From Balanoglossus misakiensis (lineage: Eukaryota; Animalia; Hemichordata): a stretch of DNA of 64,000 nt. The stretch spans positions 10,324,190 to 10,388,189 of the forward strand of contig CM082584.2 in the NCBI GenBank assembly GCA_040954595.2, in the 5' to 3' direction. A model generated the notes under the pieces. That model was not told where the DNA came from. It saw only the letters and a program-made list of their open reading frames with translations, and searched no databases. Position 1 is the first letter of the stretch. Each line of letters starts with the position of its first letter. Below, in pieces: positions 12,968 to 23,700 of the stretch. A program made the translations under genes and the position numbers.

Positions 12968-13009
12968 ATGATACATAGTGGTAGGCCGGGTGTTATTAGT
13001 AAGTTTTGA
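12968..13009 (+). other. Short upstream ORF (MIHSGRPGVISKF*) in the presumed FoxD 5' leader
   Basis: ATG at 12968 and TGA at 13007-13009, in the same frame as FoxD. A second in-frame stop (TAG at 13031) precedes the FoxD ATG at 13049. Confidence 0.4.
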
Positions 13010-13048
13010 GGAGATCAGCAGGACCAACAGTAGACCCAGCACGTAATT

Positions 13049-14143
13049 ATGACAACAGCGGCGGCGTCTGACAATATGGGCGAGCAGGAGACGACGCAGT
13101 GTGACGAGATTACCACTCAGGATGCGTCTGAAGACGAAAATATAGACATTATCGACGACGACGACGACGACCTACCTCAAACCCCGCCAGAAAGTGAGAC
13201 ATCGAACACTTACGAAAATGTGGTTGTCAACGGGGACTCTGAACTTGGTATCAACGGGAGCACGGAGTCGACGACAACCTTAGCACAAGACGAGAGCAGC
13301 TCACCGGGTAGCCCGAGAGAACACGAAAACGAAGAAAATGACACGAAAAAGAAGACTTTAGTCAAGCCACCGTATTCGTACATAGCATTGATAACGATGG
13401 CGGTTTTGCAGTCGCCACAGAAACGACTGACCCTCAGCGGTATATGTGAGTTTATTATGAACAGGTTTCCGTACTACAGAGAACGCTTCCCCGTGTGGCA
13501 GAATAGCATACGGCACAATTTGTCGCTAAACGACTGTTTTGTTAAGATTCCGCGCGAACCGGGCAATCCAGGGAAAGGCAACTATTGGACCCTCGACCCG
13601 GCCAGCGAAGACATGTTCGACAACGGCTCGTTTTTGAGGCGGAGGAAGCGATACAAGAGACAGCAGCCCGACCCGTTGCGCGAGCCAACGGCGTTCATGG
13701 CAGCCGCTGACCCCTATGGGCACCACTTTATATATGGACATGGACGGCCAGGCGGTGCCCATCCGTTGCCTTACCACTACGTGTCACCGTTACCGCCTCC
13801 AGTACCACTGCCCTTGCCGCACGTCGGCAGTCTCAACCTCATGAACAGTTTCCCCCTCGGTCTAACTTCGTCGGTTGTCACGTCGTCGTGCAGTGCCACG
13901 CCGAGCGCGCGGCCCGTCTTTTCCATTGAGAACATTATCGGGAGCAGCAGCTCGTCGTCCAGCAAGACCAGCCTTACAGCGTCGGCGTGCGCGGGGCTGA
14001 CGTCGTTTCGACCCTCGCCGGCCATCCAGTCGTCACTCCGAGGCTCGGAGCCCCACAGCGGTATCAGTGCGTTCACCACACCACTGCCGTCGAGTTTGGA
14101 GAGACACTGTGTACAGTGCAACGGAACAACGAACTGGCACTGA
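13049..14143 (+). CDS. FoxD: Forkhead box D transcription factor (single coding exon, 364 aa)
   Basis: Forkhead domain from K106 (nt 13364): [99 protein letters not shown]. The [12 protein letters not shown] and [14 protein letters not shown] segments are diagnostic of class D. Also an N-terminal acidic region with IDII, and a C-terminal eh1 motif FSIENIIG (nt 13919-13942). Confidence 0.97.
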   Translation: MTTAAASDNMGEQETTQCDEITTQDASEDENIDIIDDDDDDLPQTPPESETSNTYENVVVNGDSELGINGSTESTTTLAQDESSSPGSPREHENEENDTKKKTLVKPPYSYIALITMAVLQSPQKRLTLSGICEFIMNRFPYYRERFPVWQNSIRHNLSLNDCFVKIPREPGNPGKGNYWTLDPASEDMFDNGSFLRRRKRYKRQQPDPLREPTAFMAAADPYGHHFIYGHGRPGGAHPLPYHYVSPLPPPVPLPLPHVGSLNLMNSFPLGLTSSVVTSSCSATPSARPVFSIENIIGSSSSSSSKTSLTASACAGLTSFRPSPAIQSSLRGSEPHSGISAFTTPLPSSLERHCVQCNGTTNWH

Positions 14144-14715
14144 CCCGGTCGACTTGAGGGGCCAGTATGTGAGGCTTTGTAAACTGTACAGCAGTTGTAA
14201 GAACTGACAATTGTGAAAACTTAACGAATGGGACACGCAAAGGTATCAGGAAGGTAATGTCATCTATATGTACTGAAAGTGAACCTTTTTAAGAGAACAG
14301 ATCTGCCTCGTTTGTGCGAGGCGTTTCACTGAAGATTCTCCCCCCAAAAACGTACTCACTGTCTTTTATTTTTTACTGACGTGTTGTATTGGTAATATCG
14401 TGGCCAGAGGTTAGCGCCATTCCAGCCCTTGTCATAAAGCTTAATTTATTGCTGGTCTGGCGTTTTTTTGTGCATTTCGGCCCCGAGAGCGACAATTTCA
14501 TGCAGGTTGACAGACTCAACAACAAAATTCAGACAGACAGATGTATACATGTGTATAAATATATATGTGGCGCTGCTCTTTGCAGACTCCAAAATGTTGT
14601 ACATGGCCTTAGTTCAGAGCTCACACGGCCAGCTGCAGAGCGTGTGAAAGCATTGCACCAGAAGGCTGACCGAAAACCGTCTCAGTAAAAACACGGATCA
14701 GCTCCAATTTAGACC

Positions 14716-14721
14716 AATAAA
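14716..14721 (+). terminator. Candidate FoxD polyadenylation signal
   Basis: AATAAA ~570 nt after the stop codon, in an AT-rich 3'UTR-like region. More distal sites cannot be excluded. Confidence 0.35.
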
Positions 14722-17700
14722 CCGGCACTCTATTATCTGTTACACCCTGACGCTTTATGCAGCATCTCTATGTAATTATGTTCAGCATTTCGAATATATG
14801 TTTCATCAGTGTAAATTAAGTGCAAAAAAAAAATAACGATGATTTTCTGTCCAGAGCGGACACTCTGTTAAGGAGTGTACAGAAACGGACTCGCGATTTA
14901 TGTTTCTTTGAGTTCATCCCCAATCAATTTTGTTGTGATAATTGCCGACAGTTTGATCCGTCTTCTTGCTCAATTTTTAGCGATATTTAAGCGTAGTAAC
15001 GTAAACAGTCATTAGTAAGTAGCGTAGAATATGTTCGTCACCCGCCGTGTAAGAAGTTGTTATTTTTGTATGTGTACATTAATACACATTCTCTATGTGC
15101 AAAGGCCTTATTTTAATTTTTTTCCTCCCCACGATAACATGACATAATGTGAACCAGTTCATTTGTCCACCGTCAGTTTCGAACTCATGGTAAATTGTGT
15201 TATTCTTGTTAGCAGCCAGTGTACGTATTTTTGAGCATTACTTTTGAGAAATACACACGATTTTGATGGAAACTGTATACTACTGTGTTTGTTCATTTGC
15301 TGTTGCTTGCGTTGAAGTTGGTTTCTGGAGACCAGAGAGAGAGAGACCCCCCTACGACATAAACAAACGGCCGAGGCGATAGTTCAGAAGTTTGCCCCCG
15401 CTTTCTGCTCGGTATTTCAAAGTCCGCTTTAAATCGCCGAAAATTGCGGTAATAAACCCGGCGACTGTGCGCGAAAAGAACGGGCGAGGTTTCTTGTTTG
15501 GGACGTTGTTATCAGTGGAATTAGTTCGCGGCGAGGATGCGGACGGTTGGTATAGTTCACCGACCGGTAGCCATTTTGGAAAAAAAAATGGCATTACCGC
15601 AAACTATAGGGTCAGACGCCTGAAACGGCTGTATTCTCGGCTCTTCGCCGGACCAAGTTATTGTCACCAATTGTGATATTTCTCCGTGAGCAAAACACGC
15701 TTAAAACACCAGTCTCGAGAATCAATAAGGCGAACCAGACGCCGAATAGCAATAAGTGCCACCGTACACACAGACAATTGTACGGCATATCATGAGCAGG
15801 GATTTTGTGCTTAGCGCTCTAAGCTCTAACTGACGTCCGTCTCTATTCGCGAAATGACTGCCCTTCCTTCTCCGACACCAGGTCAAATTTAGGTGTGAAC
15901 GTTTTAAAGTTAAATGTTGTTATTTTGTCTGTCGGAACAACATGAACAGGCCGTTCCGTGTAAGATGTTATCGCAACTGCATGATGACAGTACTGTACAC
16001 ACACATGCAAATAGTTCGCTGCCTTATCTTAATCGCTCTGCGCCCACAAAGTGTAGTTTTCGTTTCTTAACTCAAGTGATGTGTATTAAAGCGGCAACTA
16101 TCCGCATCCCCTCTTTGCCCGTATCTAGATCGGAAAAAAAGACACCGATTGGAGGTTCTCAGCCAACGATAGTTATCGGTATAATTTCCCCCTCCCCCTG
16201 CTCAAACACAGATTAGCACTTTTCAAAGACACCGCGACAATCTCCTGACCGATAAGAAGCAAGTAATGAAATCGACACGTTGGGTTATGGTCTCGGGGAA
16301 TCACCAGTATTCTACCCGAAAAATAGCGACACTTATCTAGACGAAATACAGCCATTTTGAGGATGGCACTGTGTCCGGGGCAGTGCAAATATGGGCCGAT
16401 AATAATTCCGAGCGATTTGGGGGGACGTGGAAATTATTATAGTGATGCCGGAACGCAATTGCCGGGGCCGAGCGCTGAATTTGCATCGTGGGCCCGTCCC
16501 ATGGCACGTCCAATAAACCCCCACGCAGCAACGCTCAGATTAATAACAATGTCATTTATTATTAGTTAAAGGTTATTTTCCCCCAGATTAAGAAGCTAGC
16601 CTAATTTCTAAACGTCGAAAACGAAGGATTGGCATCCGACTTAAAATATAAATATTGATTAATGCATAGGAGTACCGTCCAACTCCCAACGCGGCCAACG
16701 TCCGTATCAGATTGGCGGGTAACGCATAAAGTGGTCGTTGTTTACCTGCTTATTGCCTTTTGTTTCAAACTGACAAAAACGTGTGATAATCCCTGCCGTG
16801 TTTTGTGACAAGGTGTAACACGGGACCAGTGGCCTTCTTAGCCGATGCAATCCAATCGAGTTGATCATCCAACCTACAACAGACGTTTTCATTGGTGCAT
16901 ATTAACGACTCACTTAGGAAGCGGCAGCACTAGACTGCCTTATAGTGTCTTTTACGAAAACCTGACAGATTTTCTTGAGCACTTATCGAGTGATGTGACG
17001 AGTACTGGTCTGTATTTTTCACAACGCAACACTCTTCATGTCTCATTTGTGTTGATTGTGTAAGCACAGTCGTGGACACTTTTTGTTTGTTTTCAAAATG
17101 CCATATTGGCTTGTGTTTTCCGACGACGAAAATTTGCGCCAATCGGCGTTCTTCTAATATAATATTAGCTTTGAAGTTCGCCGACTCTTTACAAGTTTAA
17201 TTAATTAATCAGCCCACGCTATTAAGCACGGGGAAAAGAAATTTAGGTGTCAGGAAACTGTTCGACGGTCTGGGTATCTAATGTTTTTTGAATAGAGAAA
17301 GTGCACGGAGTGTGCTGCCACGGCTTTTGTTGTGGACCGTCAAACATTCAGCCAGGACTCGATTGATAAAAGCGCAACACGACCAGACAAAATGAAGCGC
17401 CGAGTCTTCTTCTTTTCATGAATGCAGTCGATTATGGTATTCCGTGTTTAGATCTCCGCTTCACCCGAAAAAAGGGGGACAAATAGTGAGTCCACTCGCT
17501 TTTGTTTTGTTGTCGACCACAGGAGCGCTGTATAGCAGCGAACCCGGTATTGTTTCAGCACAGATAGTTGTTATTGGTATGGGGCCCCTTCTAAAGTAGA
17601 CGCTTCACTTTTTCTAAAAGACCATAGAATATTGAATTAAAGAGATCCCCGGGCCTTTACCGGAGTGTCCCCACCTTTCTTTCCCCCGTTTTGTGGTTTT

Positions 17701-20700
17701 TTGAAACGCAGCCAAATATGCCCCCAAATTAATAATAATCGACGCAAACAAAACTTCACACGGCCTTCCTTCTGCTCGGTGGCGTCCCATGGCCGCCGAT
17801 CTTCGGTGAAGATCAAAGCGACCAGTGGCGACAGCAACTCGCAGCTGAACCACTCACGATTTAACTCCCGTTCTTCTATAATTTATAAGCCCTGCACCGT
17901 AATAGAATTCTATGCATCGAAAATTGGACAGTTTGTTTCATATTTCAACATGTTTAAAGAGCGTATTATTATTAAAAGCGCATCGACTGCGCGTCGGGGT
18001 CCACGGCGTTTTTGGCTGTGCGTGGAACGAGCAGCCAGAAACGGTGACCCGGTCGAATTGGGCACTTGAAATGATTGGAGTCACCGACCAGCTGGAAAGA
18101 CTTCTGTTGATCACGGAATTACGTTGATTGACGAAAAAGGATGTTTTTAACGTTCTTTAAAAATGGTGCAATGATTTCCAACAAATTCCAGTTGGAATCT
18201 CCTAAAAAGACACGGTGTGAGAGCAAGTGTTGCATGGGTTATTAATCAGGGGTAGCCTGAGCAAAAGGACTCCGCGTGTCACTGTAGAGATACTTCAACG
18301 ACATGTAAAGACCTCCCCTTTGCCTGTTCGTTAACCCTCATGTCCTAAATTAATTTTGTGATAATGAAACCGAGAAAATCCTAAAATCTTGTTCATTGTT
18401 AGCAAAGTGAGCGGATAATTTCGCGAGTGGATGTAGAGAATTTGGTCAGTTTCAAAAATGAGGTTTTAACAACAAGTCCATAAAATTGTCTGTCTGTTCC
18501 TATGTTAACACACGCTGAAGTATTTAGTTATCCGATAGCAAATTATTGGGGGCCAGGTCCCGTTGGTTGCCAGAGATGTAAGCTTGTAAAAAAGCGGATC
18601 GAAAAATAATGACACAACCTAACTCATTATTTAGGGACCAGTGTTGTCGTAAAGCTGTGTGCTGGCCACCAGCTTGCAAAATGAAGAAATAAACTCAGAT
18701 TTTCTCAGGGTACTAGTTGTAGGTGCAATTTCCCCCTACTAACCTCTTTCATTTTTGCAATGTCAGACCGCAAATGGTTATTTGGGGGTTATTTTCCTTT
18801 TATTCACTTCGAACTGGTGGTAGTATTCACATAGTCGTGACACTAAACTTTACTGACGTTCATGTTTTTTTCTTAAAACACCACCTCCAAAATTGAACTA
18901 AGCGACCCACTTTGCCTGATTATTCTCAAGTGGCTGGGAAGCTTAAACAATTAATTTCTTTCCTTTTTGGGGAATCGGTTTTGTTTTCCTGTTTTAACAC
19001 ACACTAAAAAGAAATTGGAATAGGGAGACCGGTTAAGGATAGTTGCAACACAGACGTCAGAGACAGACACTCTCTATGAATCCTCTTCTCACAACACGTG
19101 ACTCAGTCATTATGATCCCAAAGTTGCTTTCGCGTCTGGAGACAGCAACACTAATTAATATAAATCCGTGGGAAAGACAAAAAAACTGAAGATTTGAACA
19201 AAGAACTCGGAGTTCATGCATTAATTGCCTATTCTGTGTTTTTTTTTGTTCCAATCATGTCATGTTGTGAGGTCGTGTATAACGACTGTTGTTTTTCTAC
19301 AATGCACTGTCATGAAATAATGACTTCATAGTGGCATTTTTCTGATTAACATTTATTCATGCCTGGTCTATTTTTCTCTCTCTCTCTCTTTCTTTGCGCC
19401 AGTTTTCCATCGCCTGTTTTATAGGTTGAATGGCAAATGATACCTGATCAATCGTATCACAATGGGCGCATCGTCTATCACTGTATTCTTTGATCTCAAT
19501 CGATGCAAGTTTTAAAACGACCATATATTTATTGTAGTTCTTATAAATATAGATCAACGCAAACCACATGGGGAACTCTTAAAAACGAAAATCCGGTAAC
19601 CTATTTCGTGCAAGACGGATAGCGTATGATGTAAAGATGATCTCAGTCGCCAATGTAGTTTTATGCTTCTGATATTTCCCGACCTCCTTCGGTATAGACC
19701 CTCGCCATCATCTTGTTTTCAAGCTTAGCCTTTCAGCCGGCCATGCAATCGGATTGTGTAAGAATAAAACGCCATTAATCAAGTATTTAATTCGATTCTG
19801 TTCAGATGCCTTTCCATTTAGGCGTAAGCACTTAAGTGGGGGTAGTAGTTCTACACTGGGTCTCCCAATCGGATGTGACCATTTTTTTTATTGGGAAGCA
19901 GTACGGCGATTGCGTCTAATTTGGTCTCTATTAACCCGTCATCTAAACTTCCCCGGAGCTGCCTTTGTTGCTCTGGGTGATTCCCGCCGTTGCTGGTTCG
20001 TTCTGATTGTGTTTAATTGTAGTCAGCGGAGCTGCGCGAACGAAGAGACCCCCGGTTCTTGTCGTCAGGCGTTGGAATCGCTCCATACTGCAGGGGACGT
20101 GTCAATTCATCTTGCTTTAACCCGCGCAATTATCTATCCGCCGACATCTCCTTTAAAGAACATATTGATTCGAAAATTGTGTGGTCACACACACACACAC
20201 ACACATATCCCAGTGTGTACCGAGAGAGAAAACAAATGGGAGAAGGGGAATCCTTCCGCAAGGTCGGGAAGTGAAAATAAGCCGCGGGAAGATGTTTCAA
20301 TGGCTGCGGTCACGCCAGCAAAACGCTCGCTGCGACACTGCAGTCTGGTCTCCGTGTCAATATGCACTGCAACAATAAAAAAAAGTCTATGCCCTTGAGC
20401 GAGAAGTAGTTTCGTATGAAATACATATTGTGGTAGAATGGGCGTAATTTCAGATCAGAATAGCGGCATAATTGTTTGTTGTTATTTGTGAAAAGACAAT
20501 TGGCCCTTTGGCAGTTTATTAAGAGCAATTGGGGGAATTAACACTTCCAAAATTTGAACAGGTAATGGCGACGGGGGTCCCGCCGGTGCCGGACCAACTC
20601 CCGGTTAGTTCTGTGTGCACTGACTTGTGGGTCAGGCAGCCCCCAGTTTGTGTACGTATACACACACAAATGTTGCTTTTTGAAGAAGTGCCGAAACTTT

Positions 20701-23700
20701 GCATTGCTACTCATCAACATGAGAGCGTGTGTGTTTAAGTCCTCTCGTGCGGATTATACCCGTCGCACGTTGGATAAAGTCAACTGAGTTGGAATTTCGC
20801 AACGCCCTTCCTGTTGCAACTCACCCGGGCCCTTTCAATTCTGCGCAGGCCCAATTCAAACCCCACGCAGCTACCGTCGAGTGGGTTAGGCCTACACTGG
20901 ATTGAGTCCGGCGATTTTTTTTACGGCACACTTGACAAATCTGGTCACAGAGAAGAAGAAAAAAAAACACATACACGCACAGAAATAGCTTGATACTAAA
21001 ACTGACACGGGTAAATAACAAGCCGGAATGGCAATGAAACTATTCGAAGGTCGACGGAGGTGTAAAACTCCAATTTGACGATTTTACAGCCGTGTGACAC
21101 AGTCATCACACGGCCCAGACTAATCACGGTGCCATAACCGTCCTAGCAACGTACAAGCACCCACAAAATGACTCGGCCTGTGAAATCTGGCGAGTTTGCA
21201 CCACTACCTCACCGATAAACATCAAGAGGGGCTCAGGTTTGTGTGGTCCGCATAGATGGCCACAGGGGAAAGTCGATACCCTGTTTCAGACATGTACTTA
21301 GATAAGACAATCAATTACATCTGACGCTGGGGTGTGTTTTTCCTTGCTCATCGTGGACGGAACTTGCAGCCGAGTGTCCCCCCCCCCACCCCACGGTCCG
21401 AGTGTACCGTCGGTGGTCACCGATACTACGGACAGTTTGGGACGGTCATCTCAGCCGTGCCACCGGTCACCAGCGCCAAGAGAATCCGGGTTTCCAAATT
21501 TGAACTTATGAACTTCCTGGCAATGCGAAACATCTGTAGTGAACACATGCTTGCCGCAACGTGAAGTATTTATAGAACGGGCACGCACAGCGAAGGACCA
21601 GTTCAAGACAAAGTCCCTTGCCAGCGGAGTGACACCGTGGATCGCCAAGCGGCCAGTGGTCAAGACACCACCCAGTACACGCAAGGTAAGAGAAAATCTC
21701 TACTTTATTTTCCCTTTCTGTAGCGGGAAACACAGCCGCTTCGAACCAGACGCCCATCTTTTCTAAATAAGGTAATTAAGACATGTGCCATGATGGTTCA
21801 ATTAAGCTCCATCATAAGAAGTCAAACTGCGAAATTATTTTTGCTGTATGGTGTTCCCTTGATGCGTGAGTTCTTATTTTTGCCTTATTTAATATTGGCG
21901 AATGATGACATGACAGAAAGCTACGCCATTTTATATAACACACTGTGTATATAGCTATTTGCTCAACTAATGTTATCGCTGACGTTATCTGGCTTAAGAT
22001 CAGTGAGATGAAACCGACACCACCATAAATAACACTTCGCTGTTGTGCCACATTAGCGCCTTATAAAATTTTCACACTTGCAGCGTAGCGGGGGCCGGGT
22101 GCTCCGTGCTTCTCAAACTGGCGACGCGCTGTCCGGGCGCGTTCAAGCTTCGGTCCCAGCCACGCACCGGCCGGCAATGCAATGTATTGTAGCGCCACCT
22201 TGTTGTTGCGTTTGCCGCAGCTCCGCCAATCGCCTTCACACACACACACACAAAAGTCCTCGAGAGTTTGGGCAGGTGCTGAAAGGCATAAGAAGTCATC
22301 TCAATTTCAGCAGTAACCGTCAAAACGTAAGCCAATATGCGTAACATCCACACACACAGACATCGCCGTGATCTGCTGGGGCAACTTCGAGTCTCACATC
22401 AGGAACTGAAAAGCGACAAATCGCGTCGAAAATTTCACTCATTATTTGAACCACTGTCCAGAAAATGACACGCCTGCGCCCGCCGGCCTCCCGAGTTACT
22501 CGATCCACTGTGAGAAAAAGTCTGTAAACAGCGCTGAGTAAGTCTTCAAAAAGACGGGAAAATAGCGGCTACTTCAATGCGCGGTGTCGCACTACAATCG
22601 CATATTTATCCGAATTCCCATTTTCTGCCGAAACCTGAAAATGGCAATTTTTGTTCCAATTCTTATTGGAAAAAATCATAAAACATGTTTACAGAATCGA
22701 AATCGTTCGAAGTATAGGGTTAATTTTCAGTTTGACGTGTCAAAAAAGCCCCATTGTGCACGTATAAAGCGAATAATTATAGGGTGTACATTTTTGTTTC
22801 TGTTGTAAAATAAGACTATAATATCTTGTTCAAATACTGTGAAAACGGACATTAAAATTTGAATGGATTAAGACTGGTTCTTGCGGATTTACAAGCTGAT
22901 TAAAAGTTCTGTGTAGAACTAAAACAAATACATTAAAATATTTCGCTTTTATTTTATAACCGTTTTAGCCTTTACGAGCAAGGGGGGAAATGATGATTTT
23001 TTGTGTCGTAACAAACGAACACCATGCTTGTGCAAATACTAATATTTAATGATGCTGTTTGTAAACAGATAAGGCGTCTTCTTGTAAAAGTAAATTTACA
23101 GTCTCAAAGCCTACCAGTTTTTTTACACACCTTTCCACCGACGCACGTGGTGAGCGGTAATCCGCCCAGCTCGAAGAAACACCCAAAGCCTTTCCAGGCG
23201 CGATGTATCAATATTATTACATCTACTATTTACAGCGGTGTTGTTGAAACAAATCCGGAGCTGTTTGATTTTCGCTGATAAGATTTTTTTCTATTTGTAG
23301 AAATTGTTAGCGAGAATGGATTGTGTACCGCCGTTGGATAAGCCTCACTCACAGCAAGCGTTTAGTTTGTCTGTGTGTGTGAATGCAATGCGCAGACCAC
23401 ATCTGCAACTCGCATAATACCGCTTTATTTCCGTCCTCCGATTTTATGATTCTCGCTGTCTTACCGTTGCTACTTTGGGTAGCTTACGTCTCTTTTAAGC
23501 CTGGCCCACTCTGTGCTCTGTGTAATACATGTATAAATTAGATGATTTCGTCCATCATGGCAGCTGATACCCTCCCTGTAACGTTTACACACGTGTAATA
23601 CATAAACACTTGTCTCAATGGTTTCAATGGTTAGCGTTTACTGTGTGTGTGTTTTTTTCCTGAAAAAAGAATTATTACAATTTTCCTTGTACCGCACAGC

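Noticed and set aside
13526-14236. Antisense ORFs overlapping FoxD
   Set aside because: Shadow ORFs of a GC-rich coding sequence with no recognisable product.
19754-20398. 214-aa ORF, the longest outside FoxD; likewise 34239-34784, 9772-10236 and 45239-45703
   Set aside because: No domain, and composition typical of random non-coding translation. Some cross CA or GA microsatellites or use non-ATG starts.
22190-22205. CTCF-like site TAGCGCCACCTTGTTG
   Set aside because: Two mismatches to the core consensus. It cannot be told from background without a PWM scan or ChIP.
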